Of a stretch of DNA of 64,000 nt, positions 41,701 through 55,234 are shown piece by piece. Source of the DNA: the human T2T-CHM13v2.0 reference genome, Homo sapiens; assembly GCF_009914755.1 (NCBI RefSeq), contig NC_060932.1; one strand, 5' to 3'. The position numbers and the translations under genes are program-made. The number at the start of each line of letters is the position of its first letter. The first letter of the stretch is position 1. Under the pieces are notes generated by a model. The model saw only the letters and a list, made by a program, of their open reading frames with translations, was not told the origin of the DNA and ran no database searches.

Positions 41701-44069
41701 CATATCTTAGAATAGAGGTTAAAAAGATGGAGCTAGATCACCTAAACAGTAGTAAAGCAGAATTGTGTAGGGCCTTGTTACCCAAAGACAACCCCTGGAA
41801 GTCTAGAAAAGATCTCCCTGTGCTCATAAGCTGACCTGCTCTAGCTACTAGATGCCAGAATCACACAGAAGCTCTCCAACAAAGATGCACATGGAAATCC
41901 ATCATCATCTGTGGAACTACATTTCCCACTGAAGGGACGGGGCTGTGGCTGGGGTTTGCGGAGGCCTCTCTTTTCCAACTGAAGAGCCAGGATAAACACC
42001 ATCAAATACAAGAAGGAGATAAAGACAGACAGTGGATTTAGCCCATTTCTCTCTTGGCTCAGGATATAGCAGTCACTCTTTTCCTCAGTTACAAACCAAT
42101 CAGAAGCTTAACTTGGAAACTTGCCATTTGTAAACACAAATGAAAAGATATACAAATTGTGTTAGGTTTTCAGAAAAAAGCTCAATGAAATAAGCCAAAA
42201 TAAGTCAAAAACCCTAGACCCTTTTCCGCCTCTAACAAGCAGTACTATGCAGAGACTCACTTACCCGTCCTGGGCCTTGGCACTCTCATTTATGAAATGT
42301 GGAAAATGACCCAGAGTTGCAGTTTTCTGTGTCTTGGGGAATCCCTGGGGACTCTGGGGGATCCCTTTGAGATTTGACTGGAGTAAATCAATAAGGATTA
42401 GCCCCCACACCCAACTCCACTTTTGTCTGTTTGACATACCACAGTTCAGTGTAAAACTTTGTTTAGACAAAGGATTTTATGGCTAAACAACATTTAAAAC
42501 CCCCTAATAAAGATGATCACTCATTTCTAATTCTAACATGCTATCATTACTCCATAAGACTAGAACGATCTTAGTAAGAAGTCTGTGCATTCCTCAGTAA
42601 GACAATTTTTTACCAATAAATTTTAAATCACCATTAAAAAGGCAAAATGAGGTTGGCCCAATCCCCTAATTCTCTGTTTGTGATTGTCAGAAAGACTTTA
42701 AGTTTTTATGTTAGTCTCATTCATGTAGAAGAATACAAGAGGAAATTCCTTATGGCTTAAAGAGAATCTTGATAGATTCTAAATAAGTATTAGTTAAGTT
42801 GAATTATTCCATATTTAATGTAGGTAATCTTGATCTCAAAAATCTATAATAAATTTGATTTTTAATGTAACCTCTGACAGTTGTTCTTAAGCCCAGCACC
42901 AGCTAATATCAACCACCCTGCTTTGCTAGGGTTACAGGATTCTTCTTCCTGCTCTCAGACCTAGGGGAACTCTCCATTGCCAATCACTTCACTGGTATGA
43001 GTTTTTAAAACAGACCTACACAACACTCTTGTTTTCTCATTAGGAACCTAAATCTACTTCCATTCACAGCTGGCACTCTCCCTGTGACCTTGAACATGCA
43101 TGCCCTGTGTCCTTGGTTGATGCCATTCCTGATCTGTAAACCCACTGAGACCAAAACAGAGTCCTCTCAGTGTCTAGTGCGGTTTTCTACAAATAACATA
43201 TATCAAATAAATAGTGTAAGTGACATGTGACAAAGACCACATAGGCATAAATCAAACCATTTAATTCCGTTATTTACAACATTTGGATATCTACACAGTT
43301 CAATCATATTTTGATGAATAAGCAAAACGTGTTTCCAGAAAAGCTCCAAGTAGAAACTTCTGCTCCAACTTCCAGCAGCAGTAATTACTTCCCATGTTCT
43401 CTACTTAGACACAGTCTTTCCCACTGGGGCTACTGCTGGTGACTACCACCTACTACCACTGATAGGAATCACCATTATTCTCCACATACAGGCCACTGAG
43501 ATTACAAATATAAATCTTATGAACCTTAGCCAGCCCTACAACCCTACCACAAAACACCAAAAATAACCATGCCCAGGGAAATTACTATGGACCTTTATTA
43601 AAATCCTGATTCCTGCCACCAGAGCAATACCCTGGGCCCTAGTCAAGGTTATGATGGTCTCTTGAACTGGTGATGAAAAGGTTGTAGGAATTTCAAGTGA
43701 TGGTAAAGGTGGCCTATGTTTTATAGGCTGGTGAAAGTCTCAACATTGAAACATTCTATATTGCAATTCTATTTGTTGGTCTGTCCCTCCTCTTTAAACA
43801 TGAAGACCCTGAGCAGGAATCATGTCTATCTTATATACCCCTACTCCCTCAGATCTTACTTAGCACAATACACAGCAAATTGTACTTGTTGAATGACAGG
43901 GTAGAGAAAAGACAGACAAAATCATTTAGTGTGCTATTATTAATACAGTGTATTAATATAACATTTTTGTTGTGACAACAACCTGATTCTCTAAAGGAGG
44001 TGAAAAATTATTTCATGACAAATATAATATAGATCAAGTTCATATAACCTTTCTGTAGTCATTGAATAG

Positions 44070-44378
<309 letters not shown>

Positions 44379-44899
44379 CAGTTAAGTGTTTCCATCCTGA
44401 ATATTAATACTTTCCAGAAACAGAAAACAGGGGTTTTCTAAGAAGTTCACAGTAAATAATCTGAAAAAAGAGAAATATATTCCAGCTGCCTTGTGAGCCA
44501 AGTAAACCTGCATTCAATCATTGAAATTGAAGTCTCATGAAATAAATTTTGGTGCTTCACTGGAAGGTCACTGGGTGGACTCATGCTTTTTGATTTTTGT
44601 CAGTGTGTATGTTTTATTTAAAGTTGCATTGGTTGACACCATTATTTCAGGGCACTTTCATAGGACGTGCAACACTGCTAATATCAGAGGTCAGTATCAT
44701 AACCAATGTTCACAATGATATTCTTGAGTCTTGAAGTAAAACATATGTTAGATCTTGTTACTAAGGCAGAGACTTGAGATGTTTTTCATCCAGAAAGTGG
44801 TTCAGCATTTATAGGGTTATGTTTCAACTACCCATGTTATTGGGGAAACTCTCCTTCTCTTCTGCTGATAAAGACAGAATACCATAGTAACAATAAGAG

Positions 44900-45140
44900 C
44901 TTAACACAATACATTTTCATTGAGTGCCAGTCAAATGTCAGAACCCACCTGGGTACTCATGATGCCCAAGTGACTAAGATATGGGCCTTGCCTTCAAAGA
45001 GTTCACAGTCTGCACTGAGGAAAGCTGTATGTTGAACCACTGGAATTCCACACCCGACCTGTGATGGTAGTGGTGTGCAGGAAGTGTTGTTGGCATCGGG
45101 GAGAGAGGGCCAGATCTAGACCTTGGGGACACCAAAAAGT
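44900..45140 (-). mobile_element. L2 fragment
   Basis: cattgagtgccag...taagatatgggccttgccttcaaagagttcacagtct. Confidence 0.6.
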
Positions 45141-47184
45141 AACAGAAGAGGGAAAAAAAAAAGCTGTATGTCCTGTTCATGGAATTATTGCAGTTTGGCT
45201 GAGTGGGAGGTTGGGGTGGCAGGAGAGGTGGAACGTAAGGCTCAAGGGATTGGTTGATGTCATACTCCTTAAAGTCATACTAAGAGGTTTGGCTTTCAGT
45301 GGTGGCACCAAAAGGGGCTTTCCACAAAGAGAATAACCTGTGGCTCTGCCAAGGTGCAAAGGGTGACTTACGGAGCCTACACTCCCTGCCAGAACCAAAT
45401 ATCCATCAACCTCCTCACTAAAGAATACAATTAAAATGAAACAAAGTATGTTTTCCCTGCAAACATACATTCATTCAAGCCCCTGGCCTTCTATATTGCT
45501 ACCCCTAAGCTCCTATATGGAAATTCAGGAGTCACCCCAAGGGCTTCCATATTCCACAGGGATGGGTATGGATAAAGTCAAATGTCTTTAGAATAAATCA
45601 AGCCGAGGAGGTGGTTTTGCCTTCCTTATGTCAATCATGGCACCAAATCAAAGATGGTCAGGGTAATGAGGAACGCTGAAGTCCCTGAGAGGGAAGCTGT
45701 CTGGGAAGCATGTGTTAGGTTCGGTCTCGGAGGGCAAGGATCTCACCAATTAGTTCCAGGCTCCCTGTGGCATTAGCTGTACATATTGGCAGTAAAGTAA
45801 CTGAGAACCAATTGTGTCACCCCAGGCAGTGCTAAATTAGATGTATAGTGCATCTTCAACAGCTATTAATAGTAAGGAGCCTGGAGCCAATTAGAAATAT
45901 GTCCATGTAATAAGGAAATGAAGTACTCTTAAATGTGTAAAAACATCATTATCTGTCATCCATAAGCAACAAAATAAAAAAAAAAAAACACAGCTGAAGA
46001 GCATGTTCAAATTGAACAAATATTCCTGTGAGGATCCTAGGTCTATAATAAGCCAGAGATTGAATTAAAGATGATGGTTCTTACTTCTAGACACTGGCTG
46101 ATTGAAGAAAAGAAAATAGTGATAGAAATGTATGTGCACACACAGGAGCTGAATAAGTGAATACATTTGTGGTAATTCTTTAAGAAATGAAGAGTCCACT
46201 GCAAACTCTGACAATTAAGTACAGAACATTTAAGCAAGTATGCTGCTTGGTAGGTCTTGTAATATATAGCCTGAAAAACAGAAAATGCTTTGCAGTTTAA
46301 GCTACCTATGTGTTTTTTACTATATCAAAAGCTGATACATTACGTATATATAAAAGTAGGTGCATGAAAACTTGGAACCAATATCAAACATGATGAAACT
46401 GTTAGCCAATTTGGCCAAAGTCTTCTATGTCATTTTTAAATTTTTTATTTAAGGGGAAAATATGATGTTGCAAACAACAGCCATAAAGCAAGCAGGACAA
46501 GCTACATATTTGCAAAGGAAATTGCAGGTCATGGCATTAATTTTTTAAAATTTAGCCACCTTTGTAGATATGTGTGCCTATCACTCACATACATAAACTG
46601 TATTCAAGTTTTGCAAAGAAGTTTAAAAAGTGCTGAGGTATTATTTGAAGCGCAAAGACATTTTATTACACCATTTATTACTTATGGCAAAACATCAAGA
46701 TAAGTGAATATAAAAAATCATTGATTCGAATACTTGAAGAGCTACTGTTTGAAATTATTAAATTTAAAATTTACCAACCTACCAAAGCAAGATTATTAAT
46801 ATCTTTTAAATATTAAAAAGCTTTAATTTAACACGGTGACTAAGGCCTTATTAGATTCAGAGCTAGTGAAATCTAGTGAATAGAATGACAGGGTACCATA
46901 ATTTCATATTTTTAGTCTTATTTATATGTCAGACTGCAGTCTTGGAGGATCTAAATAGGCATATTCAAATTTATTTCCAAATAATCACTTTTCATCTCTT
47001 TTCTAATTTTAGTCTGCACAAATCTTTCTAATTCACTGGGTCTCTGACAGACAGTTGTAGACTGAGGGCTGGTTGGCCAATGTAATGAGACCAGCTTCTG
47101 TCACTCAGGGATGCTGTGGCCTGAAGCCAGTGAGACTCACAGGGAGGCTGTGAGAACATCACGTACATGTGTTTTTCCATCCAT

Positions 47185-47720
47185 GACAAACACCCCTTGC
47201 TGTCCTCCTAATAGCCACCCCTTCTTCCCTTCCTCTAACACAGGGTTCCTCAATCCAGGCATGAGTGACAATTGTGCCAGATACTTCTTTGTTGTAGGGG
47301 ACTTTCCTGTGTGTCGTAGCTTATTTAGTAGCATCTCTGGCCCCTACCCATTAGGTGCCAATAGCAACTCCCCTCTTCCCCCAGGTTGTGACAATCAAAA
47401 ACATCTCCAGATATTACCCAAATGTCCTTTGAGTTGGGGAAAGGCAGATGCAAAATTGCCTTAGGCTGATAACCATTGTTCTTACAGAACCCTGCTTATA
47501 GTCTTGTTGTCCCCAAAGTTCTGTAAGCGTCTATAAGCTGTAAGAAAGGCAGCTTCCATTCCAGCCAAAGAGGGTGAATCTTGACTGGTTTAGATTAATT
47601 ATGGTGGTTCCATTCCCCTTCTCAGATGTTGGTTTACATATGAGCATGCAACATAATTCTGGCCAAGGAGACATAAGAAGTCTGCTGAGGGGCCCTAATG
47701 AAGGGATTCCTCACTCTAGG
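47185..47720 (+). mobile_element. MLT1K-like LTR 5' part, interrupted by MER20
   Basis: ctaacagaaccctg split by MER20; tgaatcttgactggtt...attctggccaaggagacata. Confidence 0.6.
47241..47478 (-). mobile_element. MER20 hAT MITE
   Basis: cagggttcctcaa...tagcatctctggcccctacccattaggtgcca...gttgtgacaatcaaaaacatctccaga. Confidence 0.9.
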
Positions 47721-47802
47721 CTACCCCTTGGAGATATATATATATCCACACAAATAAAGAAAAAGAAAGAATACGGGGGAAATGAAAGGCAGGAGAAAGA
47801 AG

Positions 47803-48179
47803 TATATTTGCTCAGCAGGGCTCCCATAACAAAGTACCACACACTAAGTGGCTAAAGCAACAGAAATTTATTTTCTCACAGTTATGGAGGCTAGAAGTCC
47901 AAAATCAAGGTGTCAACAGGGTTGGTTTTATCTGAGGTCTCTTTCCCTTGGCTTGTAGATGTCTGTCTTCTTCCTGTGTCTTCACATGGTCTTCCCTCTC
48001 TACATCTCTATGTCCAAATTTCCTCTTCTTTTAAGGATACGAGTCATACTGGATTAGGGCCCACCCTAATGACCTCATTTTAACGTAATCACCTCTTTAA
48101 AGACAGTCACATGCTGAGGCTTTGGAGGTTAGGACTTCAACTTATGAATTTGCAAGGAGGACACAATTCACACATACCA
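47803..48179 (-). mobile_element. MLT1B-type MaLR LTR
   Basis: cataacaaagtaccaca...ggattagggcccaccctaatgacctcatttt; flanks agaag/aggag. Confidence 0.85.
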
Positions 48180-48240
48180 AGGAGAGAAGGAAAATAAAAA
48201 AGGAAAAAAAAACAAGAAGAGGAAGAAAGGGAGAATGGGA

Positions 48241-48730
48241 TGCATCAGTTGGGAGTGATTTCCTCTGCAAGTGATAGAAATTAACAGTTCATTAAAATAG
48301 AGCTTTGCTTTTATCACTAACAAGTCTGAATATGGGTGGTGTGCTAACAATGTTGGTTGAATTGGTCAAAAATGTCATTAAAAGCCAGTCTCTGTCACTC
48401 TGCCCCCTTTGGAATTATCCTTATGTTAGTTGCCTCATGGTCACAAGATGGCTATTGCAGCCTTAAGGCAGGAAGACAGGGAAGGGGGCTGTGCCAGTGA
48501 TCTTCCTCTTACCTCTGTCCTCTTGTATAGAAGCAAAATCTTTCCCAAAAGGCCCCCAACCTATTTCCATTTATATCTCATTAGCCAAAACTAGGGCATG
48601 TGGCCAGCCCCAGCTGCCAGTGAATCTGGCAGAGCAAATATCTGGCTTTTCAGAACCTCTGGTAACAGGCAGCAGCAAGGGGTGGCTTGAGATAGCTGTT
48701 GGATGAGCCCATCAACCATGTGTATCCCAG
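48241..48730 (-). mobile_element. MLT1J-type MaLR LTR
   Basis: ctgcaagtgatagaa...gcctcatggtcacaagatggct...tctcattagccaaaactagggcatgtggcc. Confidence 0.75.
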
Positions 48731-49154
48731 GGAGGGAGAGAGAGAGAAAGGAGAGAAAAAAATAGGAGGTGGTTGGGGGGAAGATGAGAAGAGAAAAAGA
48801 AAGTTATCTGTATTCATTATGAAATACCATACATAAAAAAGCAGTTTTTGTACACAGCCATCCCCATGGTGTTCCCCTATCCTACTGATTAGCTATTACA
48901 ATACCCAACAGCTTGCTTAAGGGTTTAGATGATTGCTCACCTTTTGGCATAAACATATAATATGTATTTAACGATTGCCTCTAGATAAGGAGTTATATGT
49001 GCACAATAAACCATATATCCCTAGCATGTAACACAGTACTTGGCACATAGTAGGTAAGTACTAAAAATCTGTTGAATAAATGAGTCAAACTAGTCCAGGT
49101 AATTGTAGGAAGAGTACACAATATCTACTCAAAAAGATATCATGAGGATTTGCT

Positions 49155-49282
49155 GTGGGAACTTCTCAAAAATGCAAATTCTCAGGCCTCACGCTAGACC
49201 TACTGAATCAGAACTAGACGGAGTCAATACTCTGTGGTTTAAACACCCTCCAGGGGATTTTGATGCAAGCTAAAGCTTCTGA
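49155..49282 (+). mobile_element. MER5A fragment
   Basis: aaatgcaaattctcaggcctcacgctagacctactgaatcagaac...ccctccaggggattttgatgc. Confidence 0.75.
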
Positions 49283-49438
49283 GTATGTGCATGTACATGT
49301 GCATGCACACACACACACACACACAACTAAACTATCTCTGCCCTTCATAATTTTAGGGCCATGAATATTTTATTTACTGCAGCTTCTCTTCTTCTGTGCT
49401 ACATTGATCATCTGATCTGTTCTATGAATCTTTAAAAA

Positions 49439-49740
49439 TTGTTTTTTTTTTTTTTGAGACAGTCTTGCTCTGTCACACAGGCTGGAGTGCAGTGGCACAA
49501 TCTCAGCTCACAGCAACTTCCACCTCCTGGGTTCAAGCCATTCCTGTGTCTCAGCCTCTGGAGCAGAATAGCTGGGATTACAGGCGTGTGCCACCATACC
49601 CAGCTAATTTTTGTATTTTCTGTAGAGATGGGCTTTCACCATGCTGGCCAGGCTGGTCTCGAACTCCTGGCCTCAAGTTATCTACCCGACTCAGCCTCCC
49701 AAAGTGCTGGGATTACAGGCGCGAGCCACCATGCCCGGCT
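49439..49740 (-). mobile_element. Alu (AluJb/old S)
   Basis: Antisense dimer, ctcctggcctcaag; small internal insertion near 49560. Confidence 0.9.
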
Positions 49741-50218
49741 GAGGATCTTTTTAAAAATTTTAAATGTTAAATTATGAAATATTAAAACATAAAATAAAGT
49801 ACAGAGAAAAAATAAAACACCCACATGCATACTCCTCAGATTTAACAAATGTTAACATTTGCCATACTGGCTTGCCAGTCTTTTTAAAGTCGCTAGGCCC
49901 AGCACAGTTCTCTTCCACCCTTCCATCCTTCTCTGACAGCACGTCCCTATTCCTGAACATCCTGACCTTTTCCTGTGGCTTCCTAAAGCCCTGGGCCAAG
50001 AGAATTCAAGCACCTGTGGAAGTGCATATTCTCACTGGCATCCCACTAGGGTCCAAGTTACTAGTAATTTTCATTACCTGCAGCTTTAGTCCACTTTCCC
50101 TTGAGTTCCGATGATATATGCTGAGATGGCTTTATGTTCAGACACCAATGAAAGAGGTTGGGAATGAACTGAATTGTCAATATCATGTGCTTCTCATCTG
50201 AAATGCAACTCTAAATTC

Positions 50219-50519
50219 TTTTTTTTTTTTTTCTTAGAGATGAGGGTCTGGCTCTTTGATACAGGCTGGAGTGCAGTGGCACAATCAGCTCACCACAGCT
50301 TCAACCCCTGGGCTCTAGCAATCCTTCTGCCTCATTTTCCCCTGAGTAGCTGAGATTACACACACACACCATCATGCCCAACTAATTTTTTTTATTTTTC
50401 GTAGAGACAGGGTCTCGCTGCGTTGCCACAGCTGGTCTCAAACTGCTGGCCTCAAGTGATCCTCTCACCTCAGCCTCCCAACGTGCTGGGATTACAGGTG
50501 TGAGCCACTGCACCTGACC
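50219..50519 (-). mobile_element. Alu (AluJ)
   Basis: Diverged antisense dimer; TSD ctctaaattctttt. Confidence 0.9.
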
Positions 50520-51387
50520 CTCTAAATTCTTTTGCCTTCTTAAGCTCAAGAGCAATGTTCTTTCAGATGAGACCCCTATAGAGAGAGGAAAAAGTGAAGC
50601 AAATTCAGCTAGTGGCCAGAGAGCGGTGAGTTCTTATTCTAGCAATATTGTGCAGGGTGCTTATTCTCTTTGCACCTTTTATTCCATCTAAAGAAGGAAA
50701 GAGAATACTACCCAATTCTTAAGTATAATTAGGTTTATGAAGTACTTCCACACATACTGTCCCATCTGATACTGCCATTTGATGTCAACTTGTACCCTTA
50801 CAGATTGTCTGTGCTATTGCCCACTGTGTTCCCAGCATCCCAACTGTGCTAGTATACCATAGACCTCAATTAATGTTTGTTAAAGAAATGAAGGACAGAA
50901 GGATGCTTAAAGTGGCAGCTACAGAATCTCCATGAAGGGCAGAGGTGACTGTCTAGTTGGAAGGGAGCCAGGGGCAGTGCCACTCGAAGGAGTCAGTCTA
51001 TGAACGATTTGTTTCTTGTTGTGCACTAATTTCTTTGAGAAAGTCTTAGTTTGAAAAAATGTCAGCTGAACTAAAGAGTGAGCCCAGTAATGTATTTGAT
51101 TTACATTTGGATTTAAGTTCTTTATCTCATTGCAGACCAGTAACAAAGAGTTCTCAGGCTGGATCTGCCTGTGGACCATGCTTGGAGGAGCCCTGGGCCA
51201 GAGGAGCCAACTTAAAGCTGCATGTGCTCTGTGTGCACTTTTTATTATACTTAATTGTACTGAGTTCATTATGGGTTACTTGGGGGAGAAGCAGATGGAT
51301 ATTATGGGATGACTACAACCCTCTCCACACAAGCCATCCCTATTGGTCCCATTGAAGCTCAAGGATTATACATTTCAAATACTCTTT

Positions 51388-52192
51388 CTTTTTCATTGAT
51401 TGTGATTGTAATTGTAACTGTACATATTTATGGGGTCCAGGTAATATTTTGATACAGGCATACAACGTGTCATGGTAAAAGCTGGGTAATTGGGATGTCC
51501 GTCACCTCCAACATTTATCATTTCTTTGTGTTGGAACATTCCAAATCTTCTCTTCTAGCTATTTTGAAATATACAGTAGATTATTGTTAACTACAGTCAC
51601 CCTACTGTGCTATTGAACAATATAGAACTTATTCTTTCCATCTAACTGCATTTTGTACCCATTAACCACCCTCTCTATATTTACCCTCTTCTGCCCCACC
51701 ACTCCCAGTCTCTGGTAACTATCAGCCATTCCACTCTCTACCTTCATAAGATGACCTTTTATTAACTCCCACATAGGAGGGAGTATCTGTGATATTTGTC
51801 TTTCTGTGCCTGGATTATTTCACTAAACATAATGTTCTGCATCCATGTTGCTGCAAATGACAGAATTTTATTCTTTCTATGGCTAAATAATATTCCATTG
51901 TGTATATATACATTTTCTTTATCCATTCATCTGCTGAAGAACACTTAAGTTGATTCCATATCTTGGCTACTGTGAACAGTGCAGCAACAAACATGGGAGT
52001 GCAGATACCTCTTCAACTTACTGATTTCCTTTCTTTTGGATCAGCAGTGGGATTGCTAGATCAGATGGTATTATATTTCTATTTTTAGTTTTTTGAGGAC
52101 TCTCCATACTTTTTTCCGTAATGGGTATGCCTATTTATATTCCCACTAATTGTATACAAGAGTTCCCCTTTCTCCACAATCTTGCCAACATC
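51388..52192 (-). mobile_element. L1MA4-type 3' end
   Basis: ttctcttctagctattttgaaatatac...gtcaccctactgtgctat; flanks tcaaatactcttt/tcagataatcttt. Confidence 0.85.
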
Positions 52193-52545
52193 TCAGATAA
52201 TCTTTAATTGCAAGATCCTAGAGTAATACTTTTTGTTTGGCAACTAAAGCCCTTCAACTGAGAAGAATGGAAGATAGTTTTGAGAGGAAGGAGCCTCTGG
52301 CATTTGTTGGCATGTTAAAGTTGGTTGGCCTGGTTCTACTTCCATGCCAGTTTTTCTTCAAGCTCCCCCTACACCCAGCAACATCAGGAACCTGGATCAT
52401 TCTAGCTCTATTTGGGTGAACTTAAATTGCTTTGTAAAGATTATCTAGTGCCTATCTTGGCCACCAACACATCCCAGACCACTCTGGTGATGTCGAGACA
52501 AGCAGAGCATGAGAGTCTAGAACTTTCTGCATGATCATTCTAGGC

Positions 52546-52720
52546 CAGTGGTCCTCAGACTCTAGCAGCATTAAAATCCTCCTGTAGGGCATTTAAAATA
52601 CAGATCACTGACTCCACCTACTTCTGACTCAAACTGTCTGGGCTGAGGCTGAAGAATTTGCATTTCTAACAAGTTCTCAGCTGATGCAGCTGGTCTGGGA
52701 CCACATTTTGAGAACCACTC
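52546..52720 (-). mobile_element. MER5A hAT MITE
   Basis: cagtggtcctca...gaatttgcatttctaacaagttc...gaccacattttgagaaccact. Confidence 0.85.
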
Positions 52721-52804
52721 TTCCAGGTACTCAACACAGGCGATCATGGTGGGAGTGGACATTTCCCATTCCAGCCACAAGGAGTATTTTTGCATACTTA
52801 TTCC

Positions 52805-53495
52805 AGTAGAGACTGCAGGTTGTCACCAAATATCTACTATCTCTTTCTTCTTTACCAACAGAACACCAATTTTATTAACAATATATCCAGCCTTAAAAAC
52901 ACTACATTTTCCAGACTTCTTTCAGCTAGAAGGGTCCCTGTGACACAGTTTTTATGAATAAAATGTAAGTACATGTCACCAAGTGGGACTTCTAGAAAGT
53001 CCGTTAAAGAAGCTTGCTTGACTATTGCTTTGCTGCTGTCTTTCACCAACAAATTTTCCACCACAAATGGCTCAATTCCTTTCCCTTCTTCTTCTTTTTT
53101 TTTTCCCCAAGTCAGGTCAGACAGGTAATGTGCCAATGTCGTAACAAGGTTCAGAGGGTGGCACATCTCACACACGCACATGAACACCCAATTATCACGC
53201 TCATGAGCTACAACAGGATCGCCCTTCCCTTCTTCTTTAGTGGGATATGGACATGATGCCTTCTAGAAGGGGTTCTTCCATCTTGAGACAACAGTTGACA
53301 AGCAAGTGCCAAGGACGCTTGAGAGGACAGAGGTGCCTGGGTCCCTTGTGGCATCATGGCTGTCATGTCAGCTCCAGACTCCCCATCTCTAGACCTCTGA
53401 TTATATGAGAAAGGGAAAGCCCCTCATTTATTTATTTAAGCTATTGTTTGGGGGTCCATGTTATTTTTAGCCAATGAAATTCTTAACTAAGACAC
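52805..53495 (+). mobile_element. Old MLT1 (I/J-type) LTR hosting the U13 retrocopy
   Basis: actacattttccagacttctttcagctag...gtgcctgggtccct...tttaagctattg...attcttaacta. Confidence 0.7.
53095..53219 (-). pseudogene. U13 (SNORD13) snoRNA retrocopy, full length
   Basis: Reverse complement atcctgttgtagctcatgagcgtgataattgggtgttca...gagatgtgccaccctctgaaccttgttacgacattggcacattacctgtctgacc matches U13; A tail; TSD ttcccttcttctt. Confidence 0.9.
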
Positions 53496-54693
53496 CTACC
53501 ATGTTAAAAACCAGTGCTAGATGTGAAAATGGAAAATATATGTTTCCTACCCTCAAAGAGCTTTGGTGCAGCTTTGAAGACAGGAAAGAGACACAGCTCC
53601 TGGGTGAACATGGGACCCAAGGAGACTTAAGGTTTATGGCAGCCAGAACACCTCCCAGGTGTCCTGAGGAGCTGTTTTGAAAATATTCAGATCAGGGAAG
53701 AGAGTGTGGAGTTGAGGTATGAGGCTGAACTTAGGGATCTTAGATAAGACAGTTTAACTTCAGGCATTTACGCTCGTAAAAAACAGTGGCCCTTGAAAAG
53801 AAGATGCTGGGAAGCGTTCAGGTCTGTAGTAGGGATGGGGAATGGTACAAAAGGGAAAAGAGAAGGAACAAACCTTACAAAAGTTGATATAAAGAGACTT
53901 TGGGGGTTGAATGAGGAACACTGAATGAGACAAGCATGTGGTTTTGGTCGGGGAGAACAGTGGCTTGAAAACATTTTCAAGCCATGGAGCCCCTATCTCA
54001 GGAAAGCATCATAAGAAAAATAGCTAAAAATTGAGGTATTCTGGTTCAATAAGTTGTAGAGAGCTCAGAGGCTTAGCTAACAACCTTCCTTTTCCTATGG
54101 CACCTCAGGGTCTCCACGGAGCAGCAGGGAGTTACAGGGACCAATTTATGGGGAGAATAGGAAGGGAAAGGTGGAAAGTGAAGTGGCTTGGATACTATAA
54201 AATAATTTTAGAATGAGGAAACAAGAGAAAACTTGAAAAAAGTTTTGTCTGGAGATTTAGGAGATCTAAGTTCTAGGTGAGCTATTAACTCTCAAACAGA
54301 TACAGCAAGAAGCTGTTGGACCCCTCAGAAGATCCATATCCAAGATGCTTTCCAGACCTAAAAGTGTTTGATACTAATTTTAGGGAAATTATATTTACAA
54401 AAGAAGAGGTCATGATTCCCATAATCTATGGGTTTTATATGGAGAGTCACATTGAAATGGTCCTAAGATTTTTAATGTTTGATTGCTTTCGGCTCTTGAA
54501 AGTTAAAGTTTCTCTAACTCAGTGCCTTCTCTGTTTTCCATTTAAAGGATAAGATTTACAATATTAACTTCAATTTTTTGCATGTATCTAGTAATAACAG
54601 AGAAAAGTGAAAGGTAAAATTCAGCCTGGAATATGTTGTTCTACAACATTGCTTCTAAGAATTTTAAGACAAATGAATAGAATTTGGTATCTG

Positions 54694-55234
54694 TTTGACC
54701 CAGCAATCCCATTACTGGGTATATACCCAAAGGAATATAAATAATTCTGTTATAAAGATACATGCACACGTATGTTCATTGCAGCACTATTCACAATAGC
54801 AAAGACATGGAATCAACCCAAATGCCCATCAATGACAGACTAAAGAAAATGTGGTACATATACACCATGGAATACTATGCAGCCATAAAAAGGAATGAGA
54901 TTATGTCCTTTGTAGGAACATGCATGGAGTTGGAAGTCGTTTTCCTTAGCAAACGAATGCAGGAACAGAAAACCAAACACTGCATGTTCTACTTATAAGT
55001 GGGAGCTGAATGATGAGAACACATGGACACATTGTGGGGGGACCAACACACACTGGGGCCTGTGAGGGATGGGGAGGGAGAGCATCAGGAAGAACACCTA
55101 AAGGATGCTGGGCTTAATACATAGGTGATGGGATGATCTGTGCAGCAAACCACCATGGCACATGTTTAGCTATGTAACAAACCTGCACATCCTGCACATG
55201 TACCCCTGAACTTAAAATAAAAGTTGAAGAAAAA
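54694..55234 (+). mobile_element. 5'-truncated L1PA (about L1PA11-12) 3' end
   Basis: ORF2 C-terminus KKMWYIYTMEYYAAIKRNE; 3'UTR gggatgatctgtgcagcaaaccaccatggcac; exact 18-bp TSD aatagaatttggtatctg. Confidence 0.92.
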
